A stretch of DNA of 63,383 nt from contig LFSI01000061.1 of NCBI GenBank assembly GCA_001512545.1, positions 1 to 63,383 of the forward strand. The letters run 5' to 3'. A model generated the notes under the pieces. The model saw only the letters and a program-made list of their open reading frames with translations. It did no database searches and was not told the origin of the DNA. The stretch comes from Clostridia bacterium DTU065. GTDB taxonomy: Bacteria; Bacillota; DTU065. A program made the translations under genes and the position numbers. Of the stretch, positions 50,549 through 60,257 are shown piece after piece. Every line of letters starts with the position of its first letter. Position 1 is the first letter of the stretch.

Positions 50549-51231
50549 AAGTATACCTCCTCCAAAAGCCTTTTAAGAGAAGAACTCTCTCGCAGGGATT
50601 CCATATGACCTTGCCACTTGATCTGACCTTTCTCCAGCAGGACTACTTCGTCGAAAAGGCCTTCCGATTCAAACACCTCGTGGGTCGAAAGGATGATGCT
50701 TTGGTTTGCCGGATCGAACTCTCTAGCGATGGCTTTGATAATGGTGTCTCTGGACAGAGGGTCGATACCGGAAAGAGGTTCGTCTAGAAGGAGCAGCGGA
50801 GCTCTTCTGGATAGTGTAAGAACAAGTTTCAGACGAACCCGCATACCTTTGGAAAAGCTTCTGATAACCTGATTTCGCTCTAGCGCAAGCTCCTCGAGAA
50901 GAGCTTCTGCCCTCTGGGTGTCGAAATCCTTAAAACAGCTTTTGTAGAAGTTTAGAACATCAATTACTCGGTGACTCTGATAAAAAGGATCGATTTCAGG
51001 AAGATACGCTACCTGGTTTTTGGTCCTGACGCCCACTTTTTGTCCGTCCACGAGAATCTTCCCTGAATCTACAGGAATCAGTCCGGCAATTGCTTTGAGC
51101 AGCGTGGATTTCCCTGAACCGTTGGGACCGAGAAGTCCGATGATCTTTCCCCGGTCTAGTTCGTAAGAGAAACCCCGCAATGCAGGCTTGCCAAAATAGG
51201 TCTTAGTTACATCTGTAGCTGTAAGCAGCAT
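50545..51231 (-). CDS. ABC transporter ATP-binding protein (YtrB-like)
   Basis: GPNGSGKST, FSKGM, LLLDEP, STH. Confidence 0.93.
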   Translation of the reverse strand: MLLTATDVTKTYFGKPALRGFSYELDRGKIIGLLGPNGSGKSTLLKAIAGLIPVDSGKILVDGQKVGVRTKNQVAYLPEIDPFYQSHRVIDVLNFYKSCFKDFDTQRAEALLEELALERNQVIRSFSKGMRVRLKLVLTLSRRAPLLLLDEPLSGIDPLSRDTIIKAIAREFDPANQSIILSTHEVFESEGLFDEVVLLEKGQIKWQGHMESLRESSSLKRLLEEVYL

Positions 51232-51232
51232 C

Positions 51233-51607
51233 TTACTCCACCCCTTTTTCCAGTGCTTTTTCCAAGAGTTCTTTGATTTCACTGTGGCTCAGCCCCAGCT
51301 CAGACATTTCCGTGAGAAACTCACCTAGTGCTCTTTCAGCCAGGTCTTTCTGCAGCTCTTTGATGGAAATGGTGCTGCTGACGAAGGTACCCTGGCCTCG
51401 CAGCGTTTCAGCGATTTTGGTGTCTTCCAGTTCTCTGTATGCTCGTTGAACGGTATTGGGATTTACACTCATGATTGCAGCCAGCTCCCTTTGCGAAGGT
51501 AGTTTTTCACCGGGTTTGAGGTCCCCACGCACAATGCGCTTTTTGATCTCATCGATGATCTGCAGATAGATGGGCCTTTCTGGGTTAAACTCCAAGTTTA
51601 CCACCAC
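51233..51607 (-). CDS. GntR family regulator, YtrA subfamily
   Basis: PIYLQI, LPSQRELA, VNPNTVQRAYRELE, RGQGTFV. Confidence 0.95.
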   Translation of the reverse strand: MVVNLEFNPERPIYLQIIDEIKKRIVRGDLKPGEKLPSQRELAAIMSVNPNTVQRAYRELEDTKIAETLRGQGTFVSSTISIKELQKDLAERALGEFLTEMSELGLSHSEIKELLEKALEKGVE

Positions 51608-51610
51608 CAG

Positions 51611-51664
51611 TGCATTAGTTGACTAGTACACTATGATTGTAGGCAAAGCTGCAGCGGCTGTCAA
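51611..51664 (-). promoter_or_regulatory. SigA promoter with YtrA-type operator
   Basis: TTGACA(51664-51659)-N17-TACAAT(51641-51636), then imperfect palindrome TGTACTAGTCAACTAATGCA (51630-51611). Confidence 0.82.
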
Positions 51665-51972
51665 GGGGATCTGTGCACAATTTTTAAATACTGCCGTTTA
51701 AAAAGCAAAAAAGCCCTCAAATAGCAGCTGCTTGCGTGATTTAAGGACATCACCGTTTTTATGGACGCTGCTTCACATCGCTCAAAAACCGTTTGATCGC
51801 AGCCACGAGAGCTTTATGATTCCCCTTCGTTCCTCTCTCCTGCTGCATACTAGACAGCGAACGCCCTTTACGTCCCACCGCACCACGCTCCTCGCAAGTA
51901 GTACGGTTTACCCACCTTTTCATACCAAAATCTACCAGTATAATCGCTGTGGCAGTGGTTATCATAACTAAT

Positions 51973-52053
51973 GAGGCAGCAGTCACTATGCAGAATTTTT
52001 GATTGCTTGCCTTCATACCCACAGGTCTTTTGACCTGTGGGTTTATTTTTTTT
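51973..52053 (+). ncRNA. Candidate small RNA, copy 2
   Basis: GAGGCAGCAGTCA/TGATTGCTTGCCTT hairpin, then ACCCACAGG/CCTGTGGGT stem plus T8. Confidence 0.55.
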
Positions 52054-52098
52054 GCACCGAAAAGCCTACCATTCCATTTACTACCAGACTACAGACAG

Positions 52099-52149
52099 TT
52101 GCCCTTTGCAGAGTTCGGGTATATAATAATATACACAAACATATGTTCG
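52099..52149 (+). promoter_or_regulatory. SigA promoter with LexA (SOS/Cheo) box
   Basis: TTGCCC-N17-TATAAT, then CAAACATATGTTCG (52136-52149), one mismatch from cGAAC-N4-GTTCg. Confidence 0.8.
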
Positions 52150-52167
52150 CTATAGAGGTGACCTGCT

Positions 52168-53010
52168 TTGTTTTCCTACTTACTTACTGCTCCATCTCTA
52201 GAAAAACGCTATAAGGTCTACTGCAAAACACCCTTCTTCCGCGAAGAGCTCTCCGGCTATGCAATGATGCTCGGCGAAACCAGCAAGGACGAACTTCTGG
52301 ACTGGGGCAGGCAGCTTGGAGGCTGCCTCAGCGTGGCCGAAAATTTGTTGATTGCCAAAGCCATTGCGCTTTTTCAAAATAAGTCCGGGCTTTTTTGGGC
52401 AAATTCTAGAACCGCCTTTTATAAACTTCCCGTTTACTACCTCTGGCCTGTTGCAACGAAAACTCTCGATGACTTCTTTGAAACAGGCTTCACCACAATT
52501 GGCTCTCTGCAAGAAATTCCCCTAGAATCTCTGGAAGGCCGCTTAGGAGAAGAAGGCAAAAAAATCTACAACTACTGCAGGGGTATCGACCATACGCAGA
52601 TTCGGCCTAATCCTCCGTTCTTTGAGAAAGTCTTCCGCAGCAAAGATCCGGACCAAGTTCTTTTGTCCCTCATGCGGGAGCTCCCCAAGCATGCTAAAAG
52701 CATTTGGCTCACTTCAGAAAAAAGCAGCATCGAACTGTGCCAGGACAAAATCGGCAGGCTCTCTCTGTCTCTAGCCCTAAAAGCTCTTTTCCCCTGGGAA
52801 ACTCTAACCTGCCTGGTTTGGGAAATGCCCAAGGCCCATCAAAAAAGTCTTTTTGACTTCAGCCTTCCAGACGTGGTTCAAAGCCTTCTGGACCAAGAGA
52901 AAAACCTGACCCTTGGCATCTCCGTCAGCCGCCGCGAAAAAGTGCGTAGATCCAACTTCATCTGGGGGTATGGAAGTGGCTCATATCTGGGAAAAACCCA
53001 TAGCAATTAA
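52168..53010 (+). CDS. Degenerate Y-family polymerase-like (ImuB-like) protein
   Basis: AENLLIAKA, LPVYYLWPV, GFTTIGSLQEIP..LEGRLG..IYNYCRGID match the Y-family thumb/HhH region; no catalytic palm motifs; upstream of dnaE2. Confidence 0.7.
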   Translation: MFSYLLTAPSLEKRYKVYCKTPFFREELSGYAMMLGETSKDELLDWGRQLGGCLSVAENLLIAKAIALFQNKSGLFWANSRTAFYKLPVYYLWPVATKTLDDFFETGFTTIGSLQEIPLESLEGRLGEEGKKIYNYCRGIDHTQIRPNPPFFEKVFRSKDPDQVLLSLMRELPKHAKSIWLTSEKSSIELCQDKIGRLSLSLALKALFPWETLTCLVWEMPKAHQKSLFDFSLPDVVQSLLDQEKNLTLGISVSRREKVRRSNFIWGYGSGSYLGKTHSN

Positions 53011-53203
53011 AGACAACAGTTTTGTGTTTAGAAACGTCCGCTACACCATCGTTGCAGAGCTGGACAGCTGGTGTGAAAGCGGAGCCTGGTGGCATGGAGA
53101 GCCGGTGCTGTACTTTTCTCTGGTGAAAACGGACCCTGAAGGGCTTTTTGAAATAGCGTACACCCCTACTAAAGAAGCGCTCTTATATCAGAGTTTTGAC
53201 TAA
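52970..53203 (+). CDS. Small dnaE2-associated protein (DUF6504-like)
   Basis: FVFRNVRYTI..DSWCESGAWW..GLFEI; overlaps both neighbours. Confidence 0.65.
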   Translation: MEVAHIWEKPIAIKDNSFVFRNVRYTIVAELDSWCESGAWWHGEPVLYFSLVKTDPEGLFEIAYTPTKEALLYQSFD

Positions 53204-53216
53204 AGGAGATTGTATT

Positions 53217-56024
53217 ATGGCTATATCACTTCACACTCATTCTGCCTACTCGCTCCTTGACGGAGCAAGCAGGCCTTACGACCTGATTAAAAGAGGCAGT
53301 GAGCTGGGATATGTGGCAATAGCTCTAACCGATCACGACAGCGTCTCTGGAGTTTGGGAGTTTCAAAGACTTGCCCTTGATGCAGGGATCAAACCAATTA
53401 TCGGCTGCGAAGTTACGCTAGAAGACGGCAGCCACCTGACGCTGATAGCGGAAAACTACACCGGCTACCAGAAAATCTGCTCTTACTTAAACATGACCGA
53501 TAAAGCTGACAAGTTCCTCCCCCATGGGGAGGGAATTTTTGCCCTTTCCGGCTGCAGGAACTCCAAGCTGCAGAGGCTACTCCTAAGGCGACGCTACAAA
53601 GAGGCACTGGAACTGGCAAAAGAGCTTTACTTGTTTTTCGAAGGACGCTTTTTTATCGAAATGACCAATGACCTTCTTCCCCGTACCAACGAGATCTTGA
53701 ATAGCCTAGATGAACTCGGTAAAGAACTGCAAATTCCCACTGTGGCATCGGTGGATGTTCACTATGCCTGCGAAGAAGACTTTCCGGTTCACGATAGCTT
53801 GAGCTGCATTCGTCTGGGCATCAAGCTCGAAGACGTGCACCCTGAAAGATCCTTCAACAACGCCGGCTATCTCTGCTCCCCTGATGAGCTTGTAAAGCGC
53901 TTTTCGAACTTCTCCAATGCCCTACAGGGAATGCACTATTTGGCAGAGATATGCGAGTCAAAGCCCCTGTCGCCGCCAATGCTTTTACCTAGCACTCCCG
54001 GCGCTAAAGAAAAACTCCGGGAGATTGCCTTGGCAGGTCTTGAGAAAAAATACGGAACAGGCAACCGCAGAGCTTTGGCAAGGTTGGAGCACGAGCTCTC
54101 TACCATCTCCGCCCTGGGCTACGACAGCTACTTTCTTCTGGTCCACGACCTCATTTGCGAGGCAAGAAGGAGGAATATCGCCTATCAGGGACGTGGATCG
54201 GCAGCAGGATCCCTAGTAAGCTACTGCCTAGATCTCACGCAAGTAGATCCCATTGAACATAACTTGGTGTTTGAGCGTTTTTTAAGCGTTGAACGGGGGC
54301 AGCAGCCGGACATCGACATCGATTTCGATTGGGCTAAAAGAGATCAGCTTTGGGATTATCTAGAAGGCAAGTACGGCAGCAGTCATGTGGCAAGTATCGC
54401 AGCTTTCCACTGCTACAGGGAAGACATGGCTCGAAATGATCTTCTCAGAATCGGCTTGTCTCCAGAGCTCATTCCGCAGCTTACAGGTAAAATGTACGGT
54501 CTGCCCAGGCATATCGCCACGCACTCTAGCGGAATCGCCATAGCTTCGGAAGACCTTTCGCGCCACGCTCCCCTTGTGGAAGCGGCAACTGGCCGAAAAA
54601 TTGTCGCACTGGACAAAGACGACATTGAAGAAATAGGCATTGTAAAGCTCGATCTTCTTTCCCTGCGAACTCTCGGAGCCCTTTCCGAGCTGAATCTGCC
54701 CATCAAGCCCGAAGACCCAGCCACCTATAAAATGCTGCAGGAAGGAAAGAGCCTGGGAGTCTTTCAGCTGGAAAGCCCTGCACAAAGAAGCCTCCAGCAG
54801 AGGCTAAAACCTGAGAGGTTCAGCGATGTCGTGGCAAGCGTAGCGCTGATCAGGCCCGGACCTATTAGGGGCAATATGGTAGAGCCCTACATCAAGCGCC
54901 ACAACAGGGAAGAAGAGGCTAGCTACCCTGCAGAAGAGCTGAAACCCTACCTGGAAAAAACCTTCGGCCTCATTGTCTTCCAGGAACAGATCATTCAGAT
55001 CGTATCTGCTCTAGGGGGCTTCTCACCAGGAGAGTCCGACAAGCTGCGCAAAATGCTCTCCAATAAAAAGAGGGAACGCGAGCTTTACGACTTTCACGTC
55101 CAGTTCGTGGAGCGGGCCGTAGCAAGGGGTGTGCCCGAAGACACCGCAGAAAGCATCTTCCAAACCCTCGAAGGCTTTTCCGGCTACGGCTTCTGCGAAG
55201 CTCATTCTGCTTCTTTTGCCCAAACAGCTTATAAAACTGCTTTTTTGCGGTGCCACTACCCTGCAGAATTTTTCGGCGCTCTCATCAACAACCAGCCTCT
55301 CGGGTACTATCTTCCCCAGTCTCTCCTTTGGGAAGCCAAACGCCTGGGAGTAAAAGTTGTGCCTTTAGACATCAACAAATCGCCGCATGAAACCTACGGT
55401 AAAGACTCCATGCTTTATTTGGGGCTGAAGCTCATCAATGGCTTCTCTGCAAAAACCATGGACTACATTCTGGAAAACCGTCCCTTAAGTCTGGAAGACA
55501 TCAAAAAGATCCCCAGCAAAGAGCGGCGCCTTTTGGTGCTTTCAGGGGCGCTGGACTCCTTCGGCCAAAGCCGCAGAAGCCTTCTGTGGGAAGCGTGGGG
55601 CACAAAGCCGATTCCCGGCGACTTTACTCCTTGGGAGCGCTTTTTGCGAGAGATCAAGGTTTTGGACCTGTCTCCTTCTTACCACGTAATGCACTTTTTC
55701 AGGCCCAAAATCCCCAACTATATACCTACAGCCGACGAGGTTTTCCAGAGACAAGGGCGCATTCAATTTGCAGGACAGATCCTCAGACCTCACCGCCCGC
55801 CCACTAAAAGCGGCAAAACGGTAGTGTTCTTTGTTATGGAAGATGAAACCGGGCAGGTGGATGTCACTTACTTCCCCAGAGAAAACCATCAGATTTCCAT
55901 CAGGGAGGGAGGCATAGCGGTCGTTACCGGAACCATAGATCAGGAAAGAAAGAGCATCATTTTAGAGGGAATCTCCTACCTCGGAAGACCTGTGGCAAAC
56001 CCTGATCTGCGACAGGAGGTATAG
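53217..56024 (+). CDS. dnaE2: Error-prone DNA polymerase III alpha (DnaE2-like)
   Basis: LHTHSAYSLLDG, GRGSAAGS, PDIDIDF, KLDLLSL, GVFQLESP, YGFCEAHSASFA, RPPTKSGK; SOS cassette context. Confidence 0.88.
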   Translation: MAISLHTHSAYSLLDGASRPYDLIKRGSELGYVAIALTDHDSVSGVWEFQRLALDAGIKPIIGCEVTLEDGSHLTLIAENYTGYQKICSYLNMTDKADKFLPHGEGIFALSGCRNSKLQRLLLRRRYKEALELAKELYLFFEGRFFIEMTNDLLPRTNEILNSLDELGKELQIPTVASVDVHYACEEDFPVHDSLSCIRLGIKLEDVHPERSFNNAGYLCSPDELVKRFSNFSNALQGMHYLAEICESKPLSPPMLLPSTPGAKEKLREIALAGLEKKYGTGNRRALARLEHELSTISALGYDSYFLLVHDLICEARRRNIAYQGRGSAAGSLVSYCLDLTQVDPIEHNLVFERFLSVERGQQPDIDIDFDWAKRDQLWDYLEGKYGSSHVASIAAFHCYREDMARNDLLRIGLSPELIPQLTGKMYGLPRHIATHSSGIAIASEDLSRHAPLVEAATGRKIVALDKDDIEEIGIVKLDLLSLRTLGALSELNLPIKPEDPATYKMLQEGKSLGVFQLESPAQRSLQQRLKPERFSDVVASVALIRPGPIRGNMVEPYIKRHNREEEASYPAEELKPYLEKTFGLIVFQEQIIQIVSALGGFSPGESDKLRKMLSNKKRERELYDFHVQFVERAVARGVPEDTAESIFQTLEGFSGYGFCEAHSASFAQTAYKTAFLRCHYPAEFFGALINNQPLGYYLPQSLLWEAKRLGVKVVPLDINKSPHETYGKDSMLYLGLKLINGFSAKTMDYILENRPLSLEDIKKIPSKERRLLVLSGALDSFGQSRRSLLWEAWGTKPIPGDFTPWERFLREIKVLDLSPSYHVMHFFRPKIPNYIPTADEVFQRQGRIQFAGQILRPHRPPTKSGKTVVFFVMEDETGQVDVTYFPRENHQISIREGGIAVVTGTIDQERKSIILEGISYLGRPVANPDLRQEV

Positions 56025-56281
56025 TGCAAAGTCCTAAGAGTCGCGGAAGCGTAAAGATGCAAAACTCGTTTGAGGCCCTTCCTCCGTTTAGGTGCTCGCA
56101 AATCTCATCAAAATTGAAGTGTCGGTTTCCGCCCATTGCTTCCTCTTGCATCGTAATCTTGCTAGGCAAACTGCCTTTACCTCCCTGCTCCATCAACCCC
56201 ACAACCATCGGAAAGAAGGAACTACCGCCAGACAAGAGAATAAGACAAGTAAAATATTTCTACTTAAAGTGGGGACAAACA

Positions 56282-57154
56282 ATGGCGTATAAAGTGATAG
56301 TGAACCCGATAGCCGGAAGAGGACTGGCTAAGAGCAACGTGCCAAAAGTCAAAGCAGTTTTGGAGCAAATGGACATTGATTACCAGCTGTTTCTCACAGA
56401 AGGACCTGGACATGCTGCAGAGCTTGCGGCAGATCTGGACGACTACTCTGGAGTAGTCGCTATAGGCGGAGATGGTACGCTCAATGAGGTTGTAAACGGC
56501 ATGCCGAAAAACAAACCTCTCTGCGTTGTTCCGCTTGGTACTGGCAATGATTTTGCCAGATCATTCAATATTCCATTTGGAGTGGAAAGTCTGAGGTTGA
56601 TCACCGAAGGACAGCTTCGCGAGATAGATATGGGTGTATATTCCGAAGGTGTTTTTTTATGTTCGGTAGCTGTAGGACTAGCCTCAGATGTAATGATGAG
56701 GGTCAACGCCAAACGCCACATGCGCTTTCTCAGGGGGAAACTGGCGTTTTTGGTTGAAGTCATCGCTTCGGCATTCCAGCTCAAACCGCTAGAGCTTACC
56801 ATCGATGCCGACGACCAGCACAGAGAGCTTACCTCCATTCTGGTATACGTTATGAACACCTCCTACACCGGCGGTGGAATCTACCTGGCACCTGAGGCAG
56901 ATCCCGGTGATGGCTACCTCGACCTGGTGGTAGCTAAAGATGTCACCGGTTGGGAGCTCCTCAAGGTCCTCCCGAAAACCTACTCTGGACGCCATGTGAA
57001 TCACCCCAAGGTAGAGTTTCTTAGGGCAAAAAGCATTCAAATCAAGAGCACTGTAGATACGGAGATCATGGTGGATGGCGAAATCAAAGGAAAGACTCCT
57101 CTGAACGTCACCCTTTACCCGAAAAAACTCCAGGTTTTCGTGCCCAAGCTGTAA
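56282..57154 (+). CDS. Diacylglycerol/lipid kinase family (YegS/BmrU)
   Basis: IVNPIAG, GGDGTLNEV, PLGTGNDFAR, VDGE. Real start is ATG 56282. Confidence 0.93.
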   Translation: MAYKVIVNPIAGRGLAKSNVPKVKAVLEQMDIDYQLFLTEGPGHAAELAADLDDYSGVVAIGGDGTLNEVVNGMPKNKPLCVVPLGTGNDFARSFNIPFGVESLRLITEGQLREIDMGVYSEGVFLCSVAVGLASDVMMRVNAKRHMRFLRGKLAFLVEVIASAFQLKPLELTIDADDQHRELTSILVYVMNTSYTGGGIYLAPEADPGDGYLDLVVAKDVTGWELLKVLPKTYSGRHVNHPKVEFLRAKSIQIKSTVDTEIMVDGEIKGKTPLNVTLYPKKLQVFVPKL

Positions 57155-57166
57155 GGAGGCACTGCC

Positions 57167-58207
57167 ATGCTCCGGAGAAATACAGTTCTTTTTCTGTTTC
57201 TTGCTTCACTGCTTCTATCGGGATGCCTTTTCCGCGAAACTCGAGTTGGCAGCATCGCAGGAACCATAGTGATCCGGGAGGAGCTGGCAGATGCTGTAGA
57301 GATTAACTCGCACCCAGCAATACCCAAAGGTTACGTTCCCCTTAAAGATGCTACTGTAACAACAAAGAGCGGTAGATCTACCAAGACCAACCAGAATGGG
57401 TATTTCCTCATAGACCGCATCCCCGAAGGTCGCGAAGAAGTCACCGTAACGGTGCCCCAGCTCGATCTGGTGAAGCGCTTTGAAGTAGACGTTTACCCGG
57501 GCGTTGTTAACACGATCTTCTATCCTGTTGGCAAAGGGTACTACATCATCATCGGAATTGGCAAATATTTGCATTTAGCCGATCTTAACTCTGCTGATGC
57601 CAATGCTGTGGAAGCCTTTTTTGCAAGCTCGCCAAACGTGGTCAAAACCATTAGAGACGAAGATGCCACCCGTGCCAACATTGAGGAGCAGTTCGCTGAA
57701 CTAAAAAAGATGTTGAGCCCCGAAGACTTTCTTGTGATCTATTTCTCAGGTCACGGACACCAAGGACTTCTAGCCCTGTACGGCTACAGCGAAGAAAACC
57801 GCGAGGAAGCCCTATACGAAAGCGATCTCAAGGAACTGTTGTCTCAGATGCCTACAGAAAACATCACGCTGATCGTTGACGCCTGCAATTCTGGCTCGCT
57901 TTTTGATGGAACCGTCCAGACTCGTGCTCTCAAAGAGACCAACTACGTCATTTTGGCGTCGTCGCAACCGGACCAGAACTCCTATCAGTATGCCGATGAC
58001 GGCGGTTTGGGGTACTTCACCAAGCATTTTTTACTAGGGCTCCTGAACCGCAGGGCTGACTACAACAAAGACGGAAGTATCACGTCCAAGGAGATTTTTA
58101 CCTACGTCTACGGGGAACTGACCTACTACGCATCTTCAACGGAATATGCCCAAACGCCCACATACCACGATCCATTAGATCGTGAGCCTGTAATCTACAG
58201 GTATTAA
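57167..58207 (+). CDS. Lipoprotein with carboxypeptidase-regulatory-like domain and caspase-fold (peptidase C14) domain
   Basis: Lipobox LLLSGC; TKTNQNGYFLI beta-sandwich; YFSGHG and DACNSG His/Cys dyad; LASSQPDQNSY; ADYNKDGSIT. Confidence 0.88.
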   Translation: MLRRNTVLFLFLASLLLSGCLFRETRVGSIAGTIVIREELADAVEINSHPAIPKGYVPLKDATVTTKSGRSTKTNQNGYFLIDRIPEGREEVTVTVPQLDLVKRFEVDVYPGVVNTIFYPVGKGYYIIIGIGKYLHLADLNSADANAVEAFFASSPNVVKTIRDEDATRANIEEQFAELKKMLSPEDFLVIYFSGHGHQGLLALYGYSEENREEALYESDLKELLSQMPTENITLIVDACNSGSLFDGTVQTRALKETNYVILASSQPDQNSYQYADDGGLGYFTKHFLLGLLNRRADYNKDGSITSKEIFTYVYGELTYYASSTEYAQTPTYHDPLDREPVIYRY

Positions 58208-58264
58208 CAACAGAAAAGCCCTGTTGGCTGATAAAGTAAGTAGGGCAACGATCACAGAATCAAT

Positions 58265-58295
58265 AAAACCCAGCGCTTCTAACCGCTGGGTTTTT
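58265..58295. terminator. Bidirectional terminator between the caspase gene and hslU
   Basis: AAAACCCAGCG/CGCTGGGTTTT. Confidence 0.75.
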
Positions 58296-58350
58296 GGTTT
58301 GTTGGCTAATCGCTGCCAACACCGAAAAAAGCAGGCTTTCGCCTGCATTT

Positions 58351-59715
58351 CTAAAGGATGTACTGACTGAGATCTCGATCTTGAATGAGATCTTTCAGCT
58401 TCATTTCCACATATTTGTCGTCGATTACCACTTTTTGGCCAGAAAGCTCCGGTGCGTCAAAGGCCACTTCTTCCAGAACGGTTTCTAAAATGGTATTGAG
58501 CCTTCGCGCTCCGATGTCTTCGGTGTTCTCGTTGACTTTGCGGGCACATGCAGCCATCTCTCTAATGCCCGACTTGGTGAACTCTACCTCCAAACCCTCG
58601 GTTTTCAGGAGTTCTTTGTACTGTTGCAGAAGCGAGTTCTTGGGCTCTTCCAAGATTCTGACAAAGTCCTCTTCGGTGAGACTCGATAGCTCCACCCTCA
58701 CTGGGAGACGACCTTGGAGTTCGGGTATCAGTTGAGAAGGCTTGGAAACATGGAAAGCTCCAGCTGCGATGAAGAGAACGTGGTCGGTCTTCACATGACC
58801 GTACCTTGTGGCTACTACCGATCCTTCGAGGATGGGCAAGATGTCTCTCTGGACTCCTTCTCTGGAAACGTCCGGTCCGCTGTTGGAAGAACTTCCGGCT
58901 ATTTTATCAATTTCATCAATGAAGACGATACCTTCGTTTTCCGCAAGTTCAATAGCTTCCTGATTGATGGAATCCTTATCGAGAAGTTTTTCCGCTTCCA
59001 GTTCAGTGAGGATTTCTCTCGCTTTCTTTACGGTAACCTTCTTCTTCACCGTTCGTTTGGGCAAAAAGCCACCAAATACATCCTGGAGATTGACACCTGA
59101 ATCATCAATACCAAAGGAAAAAAGATCCAGCTGAGCTTCTCTCTCTGGCACAGTGATCTCGATTAGCTCGTCTTCCAGCTCGCCGGCTTCAAGCTTCCTC
59201 CTGATCTCTTCTTTCTCTTCAACGGAAACCTGCGGTCGTTGATCAGCCTGTTCGGAGCCAAAGAGGATGGAAAAGGGGTTGCTCTTCTCCTCTTTCCTCG
59301 TGGGAGCGAGAAGGTCTAAGAGGTTGATCTCTGCCTGCGCCCGCGCAATTTCTCTGACTTCTTCAATCTTCCTACTGCGGACAAGCCTCCTGGCTTCCTC
59401 AACCAAATCTCGGATGATCGATTCCACATCTCTTCCCACATAGCCCACTTCGGTAAATTTGGTTGCTTCAACCTTGACAAAAGGTGCACCAACCAGCTTG
59501 GCAAGTCGTCTGGCAATTTCAGTTTTGCCAACGCCTGTAGGTCCGATCATCAGAATGTTATTAGGGGCTACCTCTTCCCTCATTTCCGGCGGAAGCATCC
59601 TGCGTCTGTGCCTGTTTCTCAGCGCAACAGCCACAGCCCTTTTGGCCTTATGCTGGCCAACTATATATTTATCGAGATACTCGACTATCTCTTTTGGGGT
59701 TAAACCCTCCATCAC
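58351..59715 (-). CDS. hslU: ATP-dependent protease ATPase subunit HslU/ClpY
   Basis: [37 protein letters not shown]. Confidence 0.98.
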   Translation of the reverse strand: MMEGLTPKEIVEYLDKYIVGQHKAKRAVAVALRNRHRRRMLPPEMREEVAPNNILMIGPTGVGKTEIARRLAKLVGAPFVKVEATKFTEVGYVGRDVESIIRDLVEEARRLVRSRKIEEVREIARAQAEINLLDLLAPTRKEEKSNPFSILFGSEQADQRPQVSVEEKEEIRRKLEAGELEDELIEITVPEREAQLDLFSFGIDDSGVNLQDVFGGFLPKRTVKKKVTVKKAREILTELEAEKLLDKDSINQEAIELAENEGIVFIDEIDKIAGSSSNSGPDVSREGVQRDILPILEGSVVATRYGHVKTDHVLFIAAGAFHVSKPSQLIPELQGRLPVRVELSSLTEEDFVRILEEPKNSLLQQYKELLKTEGLEVEFTKSGIREMAACARKVNENTEDIGARRLNTILETVLEEVAFDAPELSGQKVVIDDKYVEMKLKDLIQDRDLSQYIL

Positions 59716-60257
59716 TCACCCTCCAACTCTAGAACAGAAATATGGTCGTTGGTGTAGACGCATATCTCTGCAGCAATCTTCAAGCTTTCTTCCACAATGG
59801 TTCTGGCGCTGAGATTGGTGTGCCGGTACAACGCTCTGGCACTGCTCAGCGCATAGCTGCTTCCCGAGCCGATGGCGGCAATGTTATCGTCTGGTTCGAT
59901 AACCTCTCCAGAGCCAGAGATGACAAAGATATGCTCACTATCGGCAACAATGAGAAGAGCTTCTAGCTTCTGGAGAATCCTGTCGCTCCGCCATTCTTTA
60001 GCCAACTCGACGCTGGCTCTCACAAGGTTTCCCCTGTGCTCAGAAAGCTTCTTCTCAAAGCGCTCAAACAGCGTAAACGCGTCTGCCACCGACCCGGCAA
60101 AACCGGCAATAACCTTTCCGGAGTATAGCCTCCGCAGCTTGTTGGCGGTGGTTTTGAACACGGTATTTTCGCCAAAAGTAATCTGCCCGTCGCCTCCAAT
60201 GGCTACTTGCCCGTTGCGACGGACTGCAATGATGGTAGTTCCTTTAAACATCTTCAC
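59712..60257 (-). CDS. hslV: ATP-dependent protease subunit HslV/ClpQ
   Basis: GTTIIAV, GDGQIT, AGSVADA, AIGSG, ICVYTN. Confidence 0.98.
   Translation of the reverse strand: MKMFKGTTIIAVRRNGQVAIGGDGQITFGENTVFKTTANKLRRLYSGKVIAGFAGSVADAFTLFERFEKKLSEHRGNLVRASVELAKEWRSDRILQKLEALLIVADSEHIFVISGSGEVIEPDDNIAAIGSGSSYALSSARALYRHTNLSARTIVEESLKIAAEICVYTNDHISVLELEGE

Noticed and set aside
48654-52053. CRISPR array or composite transposon formed by the two repeats
   Set aside because: Only two diverged copies 3.3 kb apart, with no spacers, cas genes, transposase or target duplication.
56024-56281. 86-aa N-terminal extension on the lipid kinase, or an antisense ORF at 55957-56235
   Set aside because: The kinase fold starts at ATG 56282. 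The antisense ORF has a possible SD but overlaps dnaE2 and has no recognisable motif.
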